In this document: in pieces, positions 37,552-50,498 of the stretch
Layout of the letters: every line of letters starts with the position of its first letter
Numbering within the stretch: position 1 is the first letter of the stretch
NCBI GenBank assembly: GCA_002269645.1
Contig: NIVC01000056.1
Location: 310,001-374,000 of the forward strand
Source: Macrostomum lignano
Taxonomy: Eukaryota
Reading direction: 5' to 3'
DNA: 64,000 nucleotides
The notes under the pieces: generated by a model
Told to the model about the DNA's origin: nothing
The model's input: only the letters and a program-made list of their open reading frames with translations
The model's database searches: none
Translations under genes and position numbers: made by a program

Positions 37552-40500
37552 ATGAAGGCGCCTAAAAAGCAGTCAAAGCAGCAACAGAAGAAGAACAAGC
37601 AGTTGAAAACAAAGAAGCAGTCGGATGAAAGCCAGGAAAATGGGCACAGTGCAGAGGTAGCTGCCGAGGACACTGAGAAGCCTGAGGCTGAGCAGCAGCC
37701 TGGCGACCGCAGCCTGGAGCAGTTCGACCTTCCAGACTCTGTGCTGCATCAGTTGCGAGAGCGCGGCATTACCGGCCTGTTTCCAGTGCAGCAGCAGTCG
37801 TTTGATCACGTGATGTCCGGTCACGATCTCATTGTGCAGTCGCGCACCGGCACAGGAAAGACGCTGGCCTTCGGGCTGCCCATTGTCCTTCAGCTGCTGA
37901 AGCAGCAGGACAAGCGGGCTGGCAAAGCCGGGGTGAGAAAATTTTTATTGAGCTCTCTGGCTTCTTTATCGACAGCAACGCTTGACAGCTCAAGAACTTC
38001 TTGTCAGCTCAATCTCACATCGTTAAGAATGTCTTGTCAGAACTTTCAATCTCACATCGTTGAGAATGTTTTGTCAGCTCAATCTCACATTGTCAAGAAC
38101 TTCTTGTCAGCACAATCTCACATCGTTGAGAACTTCTTGTCAGCTCAATCTCACATCGTTGAGAATGTTTTGTCAGTTCAATCTCACATCGTCAAGAACT
38201 TCTTGTCAGCTCAATCTCACATCGTCAAGAACTTCTTGTCAGCTCAATCTCACATCGTTAAGAACTTCTTGTCAGCTCAATCTCACATCGTCAAGAACTT
38301 CTTGTCAGCTCAATCTCACATCGTTAAGAACTTCTTGTCAGCTCAATCTCACATCGTTAAGAACTTCTTGTCAGCTCAATCTCACATCGTCAAGAACTTC
38401 TTGTCAGCACAATCTCACATCGTCAAGAACTTTTTGTCAGCTCAATCTCACATTGTTAACCTCCTTACTTTGCCATTCAGACGCCAGCCAAGCGGCGGTC
38501 CCCGAATCGAGCCCCGCGCGTTCTCATCCTGGCGCCGACCCGCGAGCTGGCCAAGCAGATCTCTGACGATCTGACGGCCACCTGCCCGCCGGACAGCGGC
38601 CTGGTAGTGCTGCCGGTCTACGGTGGCGTGCCGTACGAGAAGCACCGCTCGGCCCTGGCCGCCGGGTCGGACATTGTGGTTGGCACGCCCGGCCGCGTAC
38701 AGGACCTGGTCGAGCAGGGCTGCCTGCGGATGGACAGAATCCGCCGGGTGGTGCTGGATGAAGTCGATAGGATGCTGGATATGGGATTCCGCGACTCGGT
38801 TGATCAGCTGATCAAGCGGCTGTACAGCGGCGGCGAGGAAGATGCTGGCCAAGAGGAGAAGAAGAGGCCGCAGACTCTGCTGTTCTCGGCTACGCTGCCC
38901 TCCTGGGTGAGTTAGTCCTGAGTTCGAATCTTTCTCTGATTCTTATTAGTACAATTTCGGATTCTCGATCTCAAATTCTTAAGATCCTAACCTTGGAGAT
39001 CTCTAATCCAATATATATGATTCCTTAAATCCCAAGTATGATATCCCAGATCCCAATTCCACTATCCCAGATCTCGTTTGCCTAGATCCCAAATCTGGTA
39101 CCCCAGATCCCAGTTCCTAGATCCCAAATCTGATATCCCAGATCCCAGATCTCATTTGCCTGGATCCCAAATCTGATATCCCAGATCCCAGATCTCATTT
39201 GCCTGGATCCCAAATCTGATATCCCAGATCCCAGATCTCATTTGCCTGGATCCCAAATCTGATATCCCAGATCCCAGATCTCATTTGCCTGGATCCCAAA
39301 TCTGATATCCCATATCCCAGATCTCATTTGCCTAGTTCCCAAATCTGCGATCCGAGATCCCAGTTCCTAGATCCCAAATCTGATATCCCAGATCTCATTT
39401 GCCTGCATCCCAAAGCTGCGATCCGAGATCCCAGTTCCTAGATCCCAAATCTGATATCCCATATCCCAGATCTCACTTGCCTAGTTCCCAAATCTGCGAT
39501 CCGAGATCCTAGTTCCTAGATCCCAAATCTGATATCCCATATCCCAGATCTCATTTGCCTAGTTCCCAAAGCTGCGATCCGAGATCCCAAGTGCATAAAT
39601 CAAACTAGCAAATGCATAAATCCCCATGCAGGTCGAAGAGACCTCTGCCAAGTACCTGGACCCGGACAACCTGGTCCGCCTGGACCTGGTCACCGGTGAC
39701 GGCCAGGGCCGGGCCGCCCAGACCGTCGAGCACCTCGCCATCCTGTCGCCGTTCGCCTCGCGCAGCGCGGCCATCGCCGACGTGATCCGAGTGAGGTGCG
39801 GCGGCCCGCAGGCCCGCTGCATCGTGTTCTGCGAGCGCAAGCGTGACGCCGACGAGCTGGCCTCGCACGCGGCGATGTCCGGCGACTGTCACGTCCTGCA
39901 CGGCGACATTCCGCAGGACAAGCGCGAATTGGTGCTGCAAAAATTTCGCGACGGCAAATACCGAGTGCTGGTGACCACCGATGTGGCCGCCCGCGGCCTG
40001 GACATCCCGCATGTTGACCTGGTGATCCTGTGCCACCCGCCCAAGGACACCGAGTCCTACATCCACCGGGCTGGCAGGACCGGCCGAGCCGGCAGGTCCG
40101 GCGCCGCCGTCACCTTCTACACCGTCAAGGAGGAGACCGAACTGAAGAGGGTCGAACGGCAGGCTGGCATCAGGTGCGAATTCTGCAGATGGGGATTTCT
40201 GGGATTGGGATATAATTGAATCAGGAGCAGCTAATCACGCCTTCCCCTTTCCCCGACATCCCGCCCAGATTCAAGCGCATCGGCGCGCCCACAACCGCGG
40301 ATTTGGTCAAAGCGGCCGGCCGGCACTCGCTGGAGCAGCTGCAGGCGGTGCAGGATCCCACCATCCAGCTGCTGGCCGAGGAGGCCTCCGAGCTCATCGC
40401 CGCCATGGGCGCCGAGCGAGCCGTGGCTGCCGCACTGGCGCTGCTCAGCGGCAAAACTGAAATTGTTGGCCGCAGCCTCCTGTCTGCCAGGGAGGGCTTC

Positions 40501-40612
40501 ACCGCCTTCGTGCTGCACACTGAGGCTGAGACTGTGAGTCTATCTGTCTGCCTGTCTGTCTGCCTGTCTGTCTGCCTGTCTGTCTGTCTGTCTGCCTGTC
40601 TGCCTGTCTGCC

Positions 40613-40657
<45 letters not shown>

Positions 40658-40900
40658 GCCTGTCTGTCTGTCATCCTGTCTGTCTGTCTGCCTGTCTGTC
40701 TGTCTGTCTGTCTGTCTGCCTGTCTGTCTGTCTGTCTGTCTGTCTGTCTGCCTGTCTGCCTGTCTGTCTGTCTGTCTGCCTGTCTGCCTGTCTGTCTGTC
40801 TGTCTGTCTGCCTGTCTGTCTGTCTGCCTGTCTGCCTGTCTGTCTGTCTGTCTGTCTGCCTGTCTGCCTGTCTGTCTGTCTGCCTGTCTGTCTGTCTGCC

Positions 40901-40940
<40 letters not shown>

Positions 40941-41433
40941 CCTCATCCCCTGCACAATCACACCTCACCGACCCGCCCAGGTTCGCGGCAAAGGCTATTT
41001 ATTCGGCGCCCTTCGCCGCTGCCTGGACCCCGAGCAGGTGGAGAAGGTGCAGTACGTGACCTTCAGCAAGGATCGCAAATCGCTGCTATTCGACCTGCCA
41101 TCGAACATGGAGGACATCGTCGAGAAGCGCTGGACTGACGGCCGCTACGACCGGCTTGAGAAGCTCACCGAGCTGCCCGAACTCGAAGAAGTGGAGCGGC
41201 CGCCCCATTCTGGATTTGACAACTCGCGCAACGGCTACCGAAATGGCAGCGGCGGCGGCAACTTCAGAGGCGGTGGCGGCAACTTCAGAGGAGGCGGCAA
41301 CTTCAGAGGAGGCGGCGGCGGCAACTTCAGAGGCGGCGGCGGCGGTTTCAGAAACAGTTTCGGCGGCAACAACAAGCGCCAATGGGGCGGCGGTGGAGGC
41401 GGAGGGCCTGATGCCAAGCGGGCCAGGACTTGA
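37552..41433 (+). CDS. DDX21: Nucleolar DEAD-box RNA helicase, DDX21/DDX50 (Gu) family, 688 aa
   Basis: join(37552..37932,38481..38906,39632..40173,40269..40533,40981..41433) = 2067 nt. Motifs: LFPVQ (Q motif), SRTGTGKT, APTREL, TPGR, DEVD, SAT, LHGDIPQ, TDVAARGLD, HRAGRTGRAG, a GUCT-like domain and an NFRGGG/RGG tail. Confidence 0.93.
37990..38457. repeat. 33-bp minisatellite, DDX21 intron 1
   Basis: Unit GTCAGCTCAATCTCACATCGTCAAGAACTTCTT, about 14 copies. Confidence 0.95.
39040..39590. repeat. About 43-bp GATCCC-rich minisatellite, DDX21 intron 2
   Basis: Unit approximately GATCCCAAATCTGATATCCCAGATCCCAGATCTCATTTGCCTG. Confidence 0.92.
40538..40940. repeat. (CTGT/CTGC)n microsatellite, DDX21 intron 4
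   Basis: Direct reading. Confidence 0.97.
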
Positions 41434-41707
41434 GTAGCGGCTCGAGTAGAAAAGTTTTATCGATGCATTTTAAAAAATTGAATATCTAATTGTGCCCTCA
41501 GTTTTAAATAATTGTTGAGCTGCATCGCGTTTTTTTCTGTTGCACTTTGCTGCAATCCAGAGTTGCTCTGAATGAGAACCTAGGCTGCTAATGATGACTG
41601 AGAAATCTGCTTTGCGTCTTCGCAGTAACAAGCCGACCAGTTTTTCTTTTGTGAAACATTTTTTCTGCTTGAGACTTTCTTCTTTTTCTTTGAGGCCTTT
41701 CTCTTTC

Positions 41708-42490
41708 ACTGGAAATCGCCCTCTCCCTCACTGGAAATCGCCCCGCCCCCTAATTGGGAATCGCCCCCCCCTGACTGGAAATCGCCCTCTCCCTCACTGG
41801 AAATCGCCCCGCCCCCACAAGCTGGGAATCGCCCCCCTAACTGGGAATCGCCCTCTCCCTAACTGGGAATCGCCCTCTCCCCCTAACTGGGAATCGCCCT
41901 CTCCCCCTAACTGGGAATCGCCCTCTCCCCCTAACTGGGAATCGCCCTCTCCCTAACTGGGAATCGCCTTCTCCGTAACTGGGAATCGCTCTCTCCCTAA
42001 CTGGGAATCGCTCTCTCCCTAACTGGGAATCGCCCTCTCCCTAACTGGAAATTGCCCTCTCCCTCACTGGAAATCGCCCCCCCCCTAACTGGGAATCGCC
42101 CTCTCCCCCTAACTGGGAATCAGCTCCCCCTCCCTAACTGGGAATCGCCCTCTCCCCCTAACTGGGAATCGCCCTCTCCCCCTAACTGGGAATCGCCCTC
42201 TCCCCCTAACTGGGAATCGCCCTCCCCTAACTGGGAATCGCTCTCTCCCCCTAACTGGGAATCGCTCTCTCCCCCTAACTGGGAATCGCTCTCTCCCCCT
42301 AACTGGGAATCGCTCTCTCCCCCTAACTGGGAATCGCTCTCTCCCCCTAACTGGGAATGGCTCTCTCCCCCTAACTGGGAATCGCCCTCCCCTAACTACG
42401 AATCAACTCCCTCTAACTGGGAATCGCCCTCTCCCCTCTAACTGGGAATTGAGAATCGCCCTCAACTTAATCGAGAATCGCCCTCAACAA
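41708..42490. repeat. About 24-bp minisatellite AACTGGGAATCGCCCTCTCCCCCT between DDX21 and NEMF
   Basis: Direct reading; occupies most of the 1.15-kb intergenic gap. Confidence 0.95.
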
Positions 42491-42587
42491 TTTCAGTCAT
42501 GGACTGAGTTTGCTATTCAACCCCACATCGCACTGCCAACAGTTTCAAACCCGCCTGTTTCTACTCACTTAGTAGTAAGCAACTGAA

Positions 42588-45500
42588 ATGAAGGCTCGCT
42601 TCACCACTCTGGACATTGTGGCCGTCGTGGCCGAGATCTCACAGAGCTGCATTGGTCTGCGAGTGTCCAACGTCTACGACATCAATAATAAGACCTACTT
42701 GATTCGGCTGAGCAAGCCCGATCACAAGGTGAGAGCGATGGTCGTGATTTTGGTTTTCGAGCATGTTTAATTTAAATTTGGAATTATTTTCTCTTTTAGA
42801 AATTACCCCTATGTATAAAGAACATTGTTGCTTTCAGGAATGTCGCCTTATAACCTTACAGAAGTCGCCTTCGAATGTTTAGGAATCGCGATCTTCAGAA
42901 ATCGCCCTCTAATCTTTAAGGATCGCCTTCTTATCTTTAGGAATCGCCCTTTGATATTTAGGAATCGCCCTTTGATATTTAGGAATCGCCCTTTGATCTT
43001 TAGGAATCGCCCTTTGATCTCTAGGAATCGCCCTTTAATCTTTAGTAATCGCCTTTGAATCTTTAGGAATCGCCTTTGAATCTTTAGGAATCGCCTTTGA
43101 ATCTTTAGAAATCGCCCTCTAATCTTTAGGAATCGCCCTCTAATCTTTAGGAGTCGCCCTCTTAATATTTAGGAACCGCCCTTTAATCTTTGGGAATCGC
43201 CTTTAATCTTTAGGAATCGCCTCGAAATCTTTATTAATCGCCCTCTAATCTTTAAGAATCGCCCTGTGATCTTTAGAAATCGCCCACTTATCTTTAGAAA
43301 TCGCCCTCTTATCTTTAGGAATCGCCTTCGACTCTTTGGAATCGCCCTCTTATCTTTTGGAATCGCCCTATTATCTTTTGGAATCGCCCTCTTATCTTTA
43401 GGAGCCGCCCTCTAATCTTTAGGAATCGCCTTTTTATCTTTAGGAATCGCCTTTTTATCTTTAGGAATCGCCCTCTAATCTTTATAAATCGCCTTCCCTC
43501 ACGCATGCCAACCGTGACTCGCCTGTCCCCAGGTGACCCTGCTATTCGAGTCGGGCATCCGGCTGCACATCACGGACTTTGACTGGCCGAAGAACATCAC
43601 GCCCAGCGGTTTCTCAATGAAGCTGCGCAAGCACATCAAGAACAAGCGGCTGGAGCAGATCCAGCTGGTTGGCATCGATCGCATTGTTCGGCTGCAGTTC
43701 GGCACGGGCGAATGGACTTTCCACCTCATTGTGGAGCTGTACGATAAGGGCAACGCCCTGCTCACTGATCACCAGTTCACCATCGTGCACCTGCTCAGGC
43801 CGAGGACAGACGCGGCAGACCAGACCAAGATCGTCACCAGCGAGACCTACCAGCTGGACAAGGCCAGGCAGGCCTGCGACTGGAGCCTGGCCGCAATCGC
43901 CCCGGTTTGCTCTGCAGCCGCCACTCAGAAAGGCCAGCTGGCCAGGTCCCTCACCGGCCTGTTCCCCTACGGAGGTCCCCTGCTCGATCACTGCCTCCGC
44001 GTCGCGTCCGGCCAGTCGCTGAAGTCGCTGGAGTCGCAGCTGACGCCCGACTCAGTGGAAGCCGCGGCCGCTGCCGCCTTGGCCGCCTTCGAGCTGGGCG
44101 AGACGATTGTGGCCAGCCTGCGCGACCGGCCTGACGACTCTGTGCGAGCCTGCGTCACCACCAAGCCGCGCGAGGTCTCCTCCGTAGCGACGGGTTCCGC
44201 TGCGTCTGGCACAGCGCCTGCGGCGGCATCGGTAGATCCGTACAGCGGACTGGACTTTCTGGAGTTTCACCCTATGGAGCTGGTGCAGACTGAGGGCAAG
44301 GACAAGATCCGCTTTCACAGCTTCAATAAGGTGGGCTGGAGCGCGCCTTGCTCAGATTCATATGCTATGCCCCATACCCCAATACCATCCTAAAGTCCCA
44401 TAACCCAATACCATCCTAAAGTCCCATACCCCAATACCATCCCCGAACCCCATACCCCAGTACCATCCTAAAGTCCCATAACCCAATACCATCCTAAAGT
44501 CCCATACCCCAATACCATCCCCGAATCCCATACCCCAATACCATCCCCGAGCCCCATACCCCAATACCATCCCCGAACCCCATACCCCAGTACCATCCTA
44601 AAGTCCCATACCCCAATACCATCCCCGAATCCCATACCCCAATACCATCCCCGAGCCCCATACCCCAATACCATCCCCGAACCCCATACCCCAATACCAT
44701 CCCCGAATCCCATACCCCAATACCATCCCCGAGCCCCATACCCCAATACCATCCCCGAACCCCATACCCCAATACCATCCCCGAATCCCATACCCCAATC
44801 TTCTTCTTCTCTTATATTTTATTTTTATTTTTATTTTTATTTTTATATTTATATATATATATATATATTTTTATTTTTATTTTATTATATTATTTTATTT
44901 TTATTTTTTATACACTAATTTTGCGCTGTATTCGTGCGTGCGTGCAATTGATTTTTTCGAGAATGGCTCAACCGATTCTCTTCAAACTTGCACCATTCGA
45001 TCAGAAATTTTCCTGGGATGGTGCATGCATCTTGGCTAAGAAATTGATTAATATTAAAGGGATTAAATATTCGAAAAACATGATTTTTTGCAAAGGTCAA
45101 GCAGCTCTTTCGACCTGAAATGCATTGTAAGAATGCTAGAGAAAAACCTGACTGACTGAATTTCAATTCTGATAAAGATTGCATCACAGCAAGTTGAAAA
45201 CAGTGCCAAAGAAATGCACACACGACTTGATTTAAATTGCGTAACCATACTGCTAACTTAAATTGAGACTGATACTGGCTGACTGAGAAATTGATTATGT
45301 CATAACTTTTTACTCCAACCGATTTGCTATAAGAATTGAATTATAAGGGCCACAATTCATGTTCTCCAATCGACAAGAGATAGCCTAGATGCGAACAGAC
45401 TGGAATGCTAATGTAGCGACCTGGGTTCGAAACTTAGTAGTGCAAAATAATTTTTTTATTTAAACATCTTAAAAACAAAATGCTAAACATAAAAGAAGCA

Positions 45501-48500
45501 CAACAAAAGTGGCACCATTTCAAACATTAAAGGCCACCATGTCAAACATATATGTGATTCCATGTCGAACATTAAAGAGCCACCATGTCGAACATTAAAG
45601 AGCCACCATGTCGAACATTAAAAAGCCATCATTACAGACATTAAGGTGCCACCAGGTCAAACATTAAAGAGCCACCATGTCGAACATAAAAGAGCCACTA
45701 TGTCAAACATCAACGAGTCACCATGTCAAGCGTATACATGACTCCATTTCAGACATTAAAGTGCCACCATGCCAAACATTAAAGAGCCACCATGTCAAGC
45801 GTATAAGTGACTCCATGTCAGACATTAAAGAGCCATCATTGCAGACATTAAAATGCCACCAGGTCAAACATTAAAAAGCCACCATGTCAAATATAAAAGA
45901 GCCACCATGTCAAACATTAAAGAGCCACCATGTCAAACACAAAACAGCTACCATGTCAAACATAAATGGGGTGCCTACTATCTTGGAGTGCTTGCTATCT
46001 GGAGATGCGTGCTATCTGGGGGTGCTTGCTATCTGGGGGTGCTTGCTATCTGGGGGTGCTTGCTATCTGGGGGTGCTTGCTATCTGGGGTGCTTGCTATC
46101 TGGGGGTGCTTGCTATCTGGGGGTGCTTGCTATTAGGTGGATGCTTGCTATCTGGGGTGCCTGCTATCTTGGAGTGCTTGCTATCTGGAGATGCGTGCTA
46201 TCTGGGGTTGCTTGCTATCTGGGGGGGGGATGCTTGCTATCTTGGGGGTTCTAGCTATCTGGGGGTGCTTGCTATTAGGTGGATGCTTGCTATCTGGGGT
46301 GCCTGCTATCTTGGAGTGCTTGCTATTAGGTGGATGCTTGCTATCTGGGGGTGCTTGCTATCTGGGGGGTACTTGCTATCTAAGGGTGCTTGCTATCTTG
46401 GGGTGCTTGCTATTAGGTGGATGCTTGCTATCTGGGGTGCTTGCTATCTGGAGATGCTTGCTATCTGGGGGTGCTTGCTATCTGGGGGGTTGCTTGCTGT
46501 CCTGGGATGTTTTCTTTTTGCATTGCACTTCATTTGAGCAGTTTTTCTATTGTCTATGTGAAGGCTTTTTTTGGCCGTCTTTTTGATACTTGTAGAGAGC
46601 CAGAGATTCTATCTAGATGCCCCCCATCGGGGGGGGGCGAAGATTGCTAGTACCATCCTAAATTCCCATACCCCAATACCATCCACGAACCCCATACCCC
46701 AATACCATCCCAAAGTCCCATACCCCAATACCATCCCCGAATCCCATACCCCCAATACCATCCCCGAATCCCATACCCCAATACCATCCCCGAATCCCAT
46801 ACCCCCAATACCATCCCCGAACCCCATACCCCAATACCATCCTTGAATCCCATACCCCAATACCATCCCAGAACCCCATACCCCAAAACCATCCCCGAAT
46901 CCCATACCCCAATACCATCCCCGAATCCCATACCCCCAATACCATCCCCGAACCCCATACCCCAATACCATCCCCGAACCCCATACCCCAATACCATCCC
47001 CGAATTCCATACCCCAATACCATCCCCGAATCCCATACCCCAATACCATTCCCGAATCCCATACCCCCAATACCATCCCCGAACCCCATACCCCAATACC
47101 ATCCCCGAATCCCATACCCCAATACCATCCCCGAATCCCATACCCCAATACCATCCCAGAACCCCATACCCCAATACCATCCCCGAATCCCATACCCCAA
47201 TACCATCCCCGAATCCCATATCCTCACAGCCTACTTCATTCCGCAACCCGGATATATTCCCAGCGTGAGCTACAAAATATCATTACTGCGATCCCGAACC
47301 CAGGCTGTAGACGAATTTTTCCTCAAAATGGAGAGCCAACGCCTGGACCAGAAGGCCCTGCAGCAGGAGAAGGCGGCCCTGAAGAAGCTGGACAACATCA
47401 AGCAGGACCACGAGAAACGGCTCGCCGAGCTGGCCGAAGCGCAGATCACCGACAGGGAGAAGGGCGAGCTGCTGCAGCTGAACCTGGCCGCGGTGGAGAA
47501 GGCCCTGCTGGTCATTAACAGCGCCCTGGCCAACCAGCTGGACTGGGAGGCCGTGGCTGAACTCGTGTCCACTGCCCGCGCCCAGGGCGACCCCGTGGCG
47601 GCCTTGATCCAGGTGATACTGGGCACTCTGGATTTTTAGTTGCTGGGCCAGCCTCCCAGATCCTCAGTTTCTGGGCCAGCCTCCCAGATCCTCAGTTGCT
47701 GGGCCAGCCTCCCAGATCCTCAGTTGCTGGGCCAGCCTCCCAGATCCTCAGTTGCTGTGCCAGCCTCCCAGATTCTCATTTGCTGGGCCAGCCTCCCAGA
47801 TCCTTAGTTGCTAGGCCAGCCTCCCAGATTCTCAGTTGCTGGGCCCACCAGGCTCCCAGATCCTTAGTTGCTAGGCCAGCCTCCCAGATCCTCAGTTGCT
47901 AGGCCAGCCTCCCAGATTCTCATTTGCTGGGCCAGCCTTCCAGATCCTCAGTTGCTAGGCCAGCCTCCCAGATTCTCAGTTGCTGGGCCCACCAGCCTCC
48001 CAGATCCTCAGTTGCTGTGCCAGCCTCCCAGATTCTCATTTGCTGGGCCAGCCTCCCAGATCCTTAGCTGCTAGGCCAGCCTCCCAGATTCTCAGTTGCT
48101 GGGCCCTACCAGCCTCCCTCAGTTGCTGGGTCGCTGCCAGCCTCCCAGATCCCCATTTACTCAGCCGGTACGTTCCTGTCCATTTAAAGTAGACCTTGCT
48201 CTAAATAAAGCCGCGAATTTATGCAGGAGCTCCGCCTTGACCGCAACGCAATTGTGTTGCGCCTATCGAATCCGTTCGACCCCGAGCACCGGAGTCACAA
48301 CATTGAGATCGACCTGGCCACTAGCGCCTTCGGCAACGTCAAGCGGCTGTTCGACCAGAAGAAGCAGTTCGCAGCCAAAGAGGAGAAGACTAAGCTGGCG
48401 TCGGAGAAGGCGCTCAAAGCTGCCGATAAGAAGACGCATGAGATGCTTAAGGAGGCGCAGAAGGTGGGATTTTGTGGGTTTTCTGTGGGATTCTGTGGGA

Positions 48501-49812
48501 TTTGTGTTGGATTTGTGAGGATTTAGTGTGGGATTCTGTTGGATTTGTGTTGGTTTAGTGTGGGATTTGTGAGGGTATGGTGTGGGATTCTGTGGGATTT
48601 GTGAGGGTTTAGTGTGGGATTGTGTGGTGTGGGACTCCACACGCCATTCCGCAACCCCACAAACATGGCAGGTGAGCAGCATCGCCAAAGTCCGCAAGCC
48701 GCTCTGGTTTGAGAAATTCTACTGGTTCGTCAGCAGCGAGAACTACGTTGTGATTGGCGGCCGCGACCAGCAGCAGAACGAGTTGATCGTGAAGCGGCAC
48801 CTCAAGGCCGGGGACCTGTACGTGCACGCGGACCTGCACGGAGCCAGCAGCGTGGTCATCAAGAACCCCACTGGAGAGCCGGTGCCGCCAAAGACTCTGA
48901 ATGAGGCCGGCCAGATGGCTGTGGTGTACTCCAGCGCCTGGGCCGCCAAGGTGGTCAGCAACGCCTGGTGGGTGCACCATCACCAGGTGTCGAAGGTGGC
49001 TCCCACAGGCGAGTACCTGACCAGCGGCAGCTTCATGATCCGCGGCAAGAAGAACTTCCTGCCCAGCGTGCAGCTCACCTTCGGCTTCGGCTTCCTGTTT
49101 CGCATCGACGAGGAGTCGGTGCCGAATCACCGGGGCGAGCGCGCCGCGGCGCCCTACTCGGCCGCTGACCTTGTCGGCGACGAGTCTGACGGAGCGGCCG
49201 CGGAGGCCGGCCTGCCGACTCTGCCGGAGGTGCTGGAGTTCGGCGAGGATGACGAGCAGCCGGCAGACGGCACCAACGACGTGGAGATTCGCTACGAGTA
49301 CGGCGCCGACGGTCGATTTGAGGTCGCCCGGCAGGCCTCGACGATGTCCGCCGCGGACAGCCACGCCGCCGAAGATGCCAGTGGGGCCGGCTCGCTTCGC
49401 CGCCGGGTTGACAGCGTGGCCTCCGTCACGTCTTCAACCAGCGGCAGGCGCAAGATGGCCGCTCACGAGAGGCGGGCGGCGCGCAGGCAGCTGAAGGCCC
49501 AGCAGCAGGCCAAAGATGGCACTGACTCATCAGAGTCGGCCGCCAAACTCGAAGCTGACGAATACATGCAGAGCCTGCAGGTGGAGGATCTGGAGGCCGA
49601 CGCCGGAGACACCGACAGCGACAGCGAAGATGACGAGCCCGGACTCGCATTGAAAGCAGAGCAGCCTGATAATGGGGGAGAGTCTGGACAGAGCTCAGAT
49701 GATGATGCCGACACTGTCCAGCCTCTGGTGGCGGCTTCAGCAAAGCAAGAGGAAGCCTCAGCGGTGCCAGTCGAAACTCTGCAAACTTCTGCGCCTGGAA
49801 ACAATCAGAAAA

Positions 49813-49858
<46 letters not shown>

Positions 49859-50498
49859 ACAGCTGGTGAAGCGGGGTCAGCGCTCCAAGCTGAAAAAGAT
49901 GCAGGCCAAATACAAGGACCAGGACGAAGAGGACAGGCGGCTGGCTATGAGCCTGCTGCAGAGCGGCGGCAAGAAGCAGCAGCAACAGCAGCAAAAGCAG
50001 CAGCAGCAGCAGAAGCAGCAATCAAAGCAGAAGCAAAAGCAACAGCAGCAGCAGAAGCAAAGACAGCAGCAGCAGCAGCAGCCGCCCCAGCCTCCAGCGG
50101 CTGTCGCAGTCGCCGCCGAGGATCATCTGTTCGACGACGCAGACGACGACGAAGAGGCAGGCGCCGCCTCAGGCGCTGGCGGTCCCGGCGCCCAGGACCG
50201 CGAATTGCTGGAGTCCCTGACTGGCCAGCCGCTGCCAGACGACATTCTGTTGTTCGCCATACCCGTGTGCGCACCCATCGGCACCCTGGCCTCTTACAAG
50301 TTCAAAGCCAAGCTGACCCCGGGCACAACCAAGCGAGGTAGAGCCGTCAAGACCGCCCTGGCCGTGTTCACCTCCGACAAGTCGTGCAGCCGCGCGGAGC
50401 GCGACCTCATGCGCGCAGTGAAGGACAATGACCTGTGCTGCAACCTGCCCGGCAAAGTCAAGCTGTCTCTGGCTGGAGTGACTAAGCAGAAAAAATGA
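42588..50498 (+). CDS. NEMF: Ribosome quality control factor NEMF/Rqc2, 1103 aa
   Basis: join(42588..42728,43533..44330,47304..47612,48227..48463,48672..50498) = 3312 nt. Motifs: MKARFTTLDI...GLRVSNVYDINNKTYL, LLFESGIRLH, GIDRIV, ELYDKGN, WFEKFYWFVSSENYVVIGGRDQQQNE, YVHADLHGASS, KYKDQDEEDR, PVCAP..KFKAKLTPG. Poly-Gln runs in the last exon. Confidence 0.96.
42880..43495. repeat. 21-bp minisatellite TTTAGGAATCGCCCTTTAATC, NEMF intron 1
   Basis: Direct reading. Confidence 0.94.
44370..47220. repeat. 26-bp minisatellite CCATACCCCAATACCATCCCCGAA(T/C)C, NEMF intron 2, split by a Helitron
   Basis: The same unit occurs at 44370-44798 and 46651-47220. Confidence 0.95.
44799..46650 (+). mobile_element. 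Non-autonomous Helitron (1852 bp) carrying internal minisatellites
   Basis: 5' end TC (44799), 3' end CTAG (46647-46650), GC hairpin GCCCCCC-ATC-GGGGGGGGGC at 46619-46638. It sits between A and T of the host unit CCCCAA|TACCATCC with no target-site duplication. Internal arrays: 23-mer at about 45530-45960 and 17-mer at about 45965-46500. Confidence 0.85.
47640..48150. repeat. 28-bp minisatellite GTTGCTGGGCCAGCCTCCCAGATCCTCA, NEMF intron 3
   Basis: Direct reading. Confidence 0.94.
48465..48635. repeat. GT-rich GTGGGATT low-complexity repeat, NEMF intron 4
   Basis: Direct reading. Confidence 0.85.

Noticed and set aside
45378-45445. tRNA-like fragment with B box GGTTCGAA
   Set aside because: No A box or cloverleaf; at most a degenerate SINE or tRNA piece inside the Helitron.
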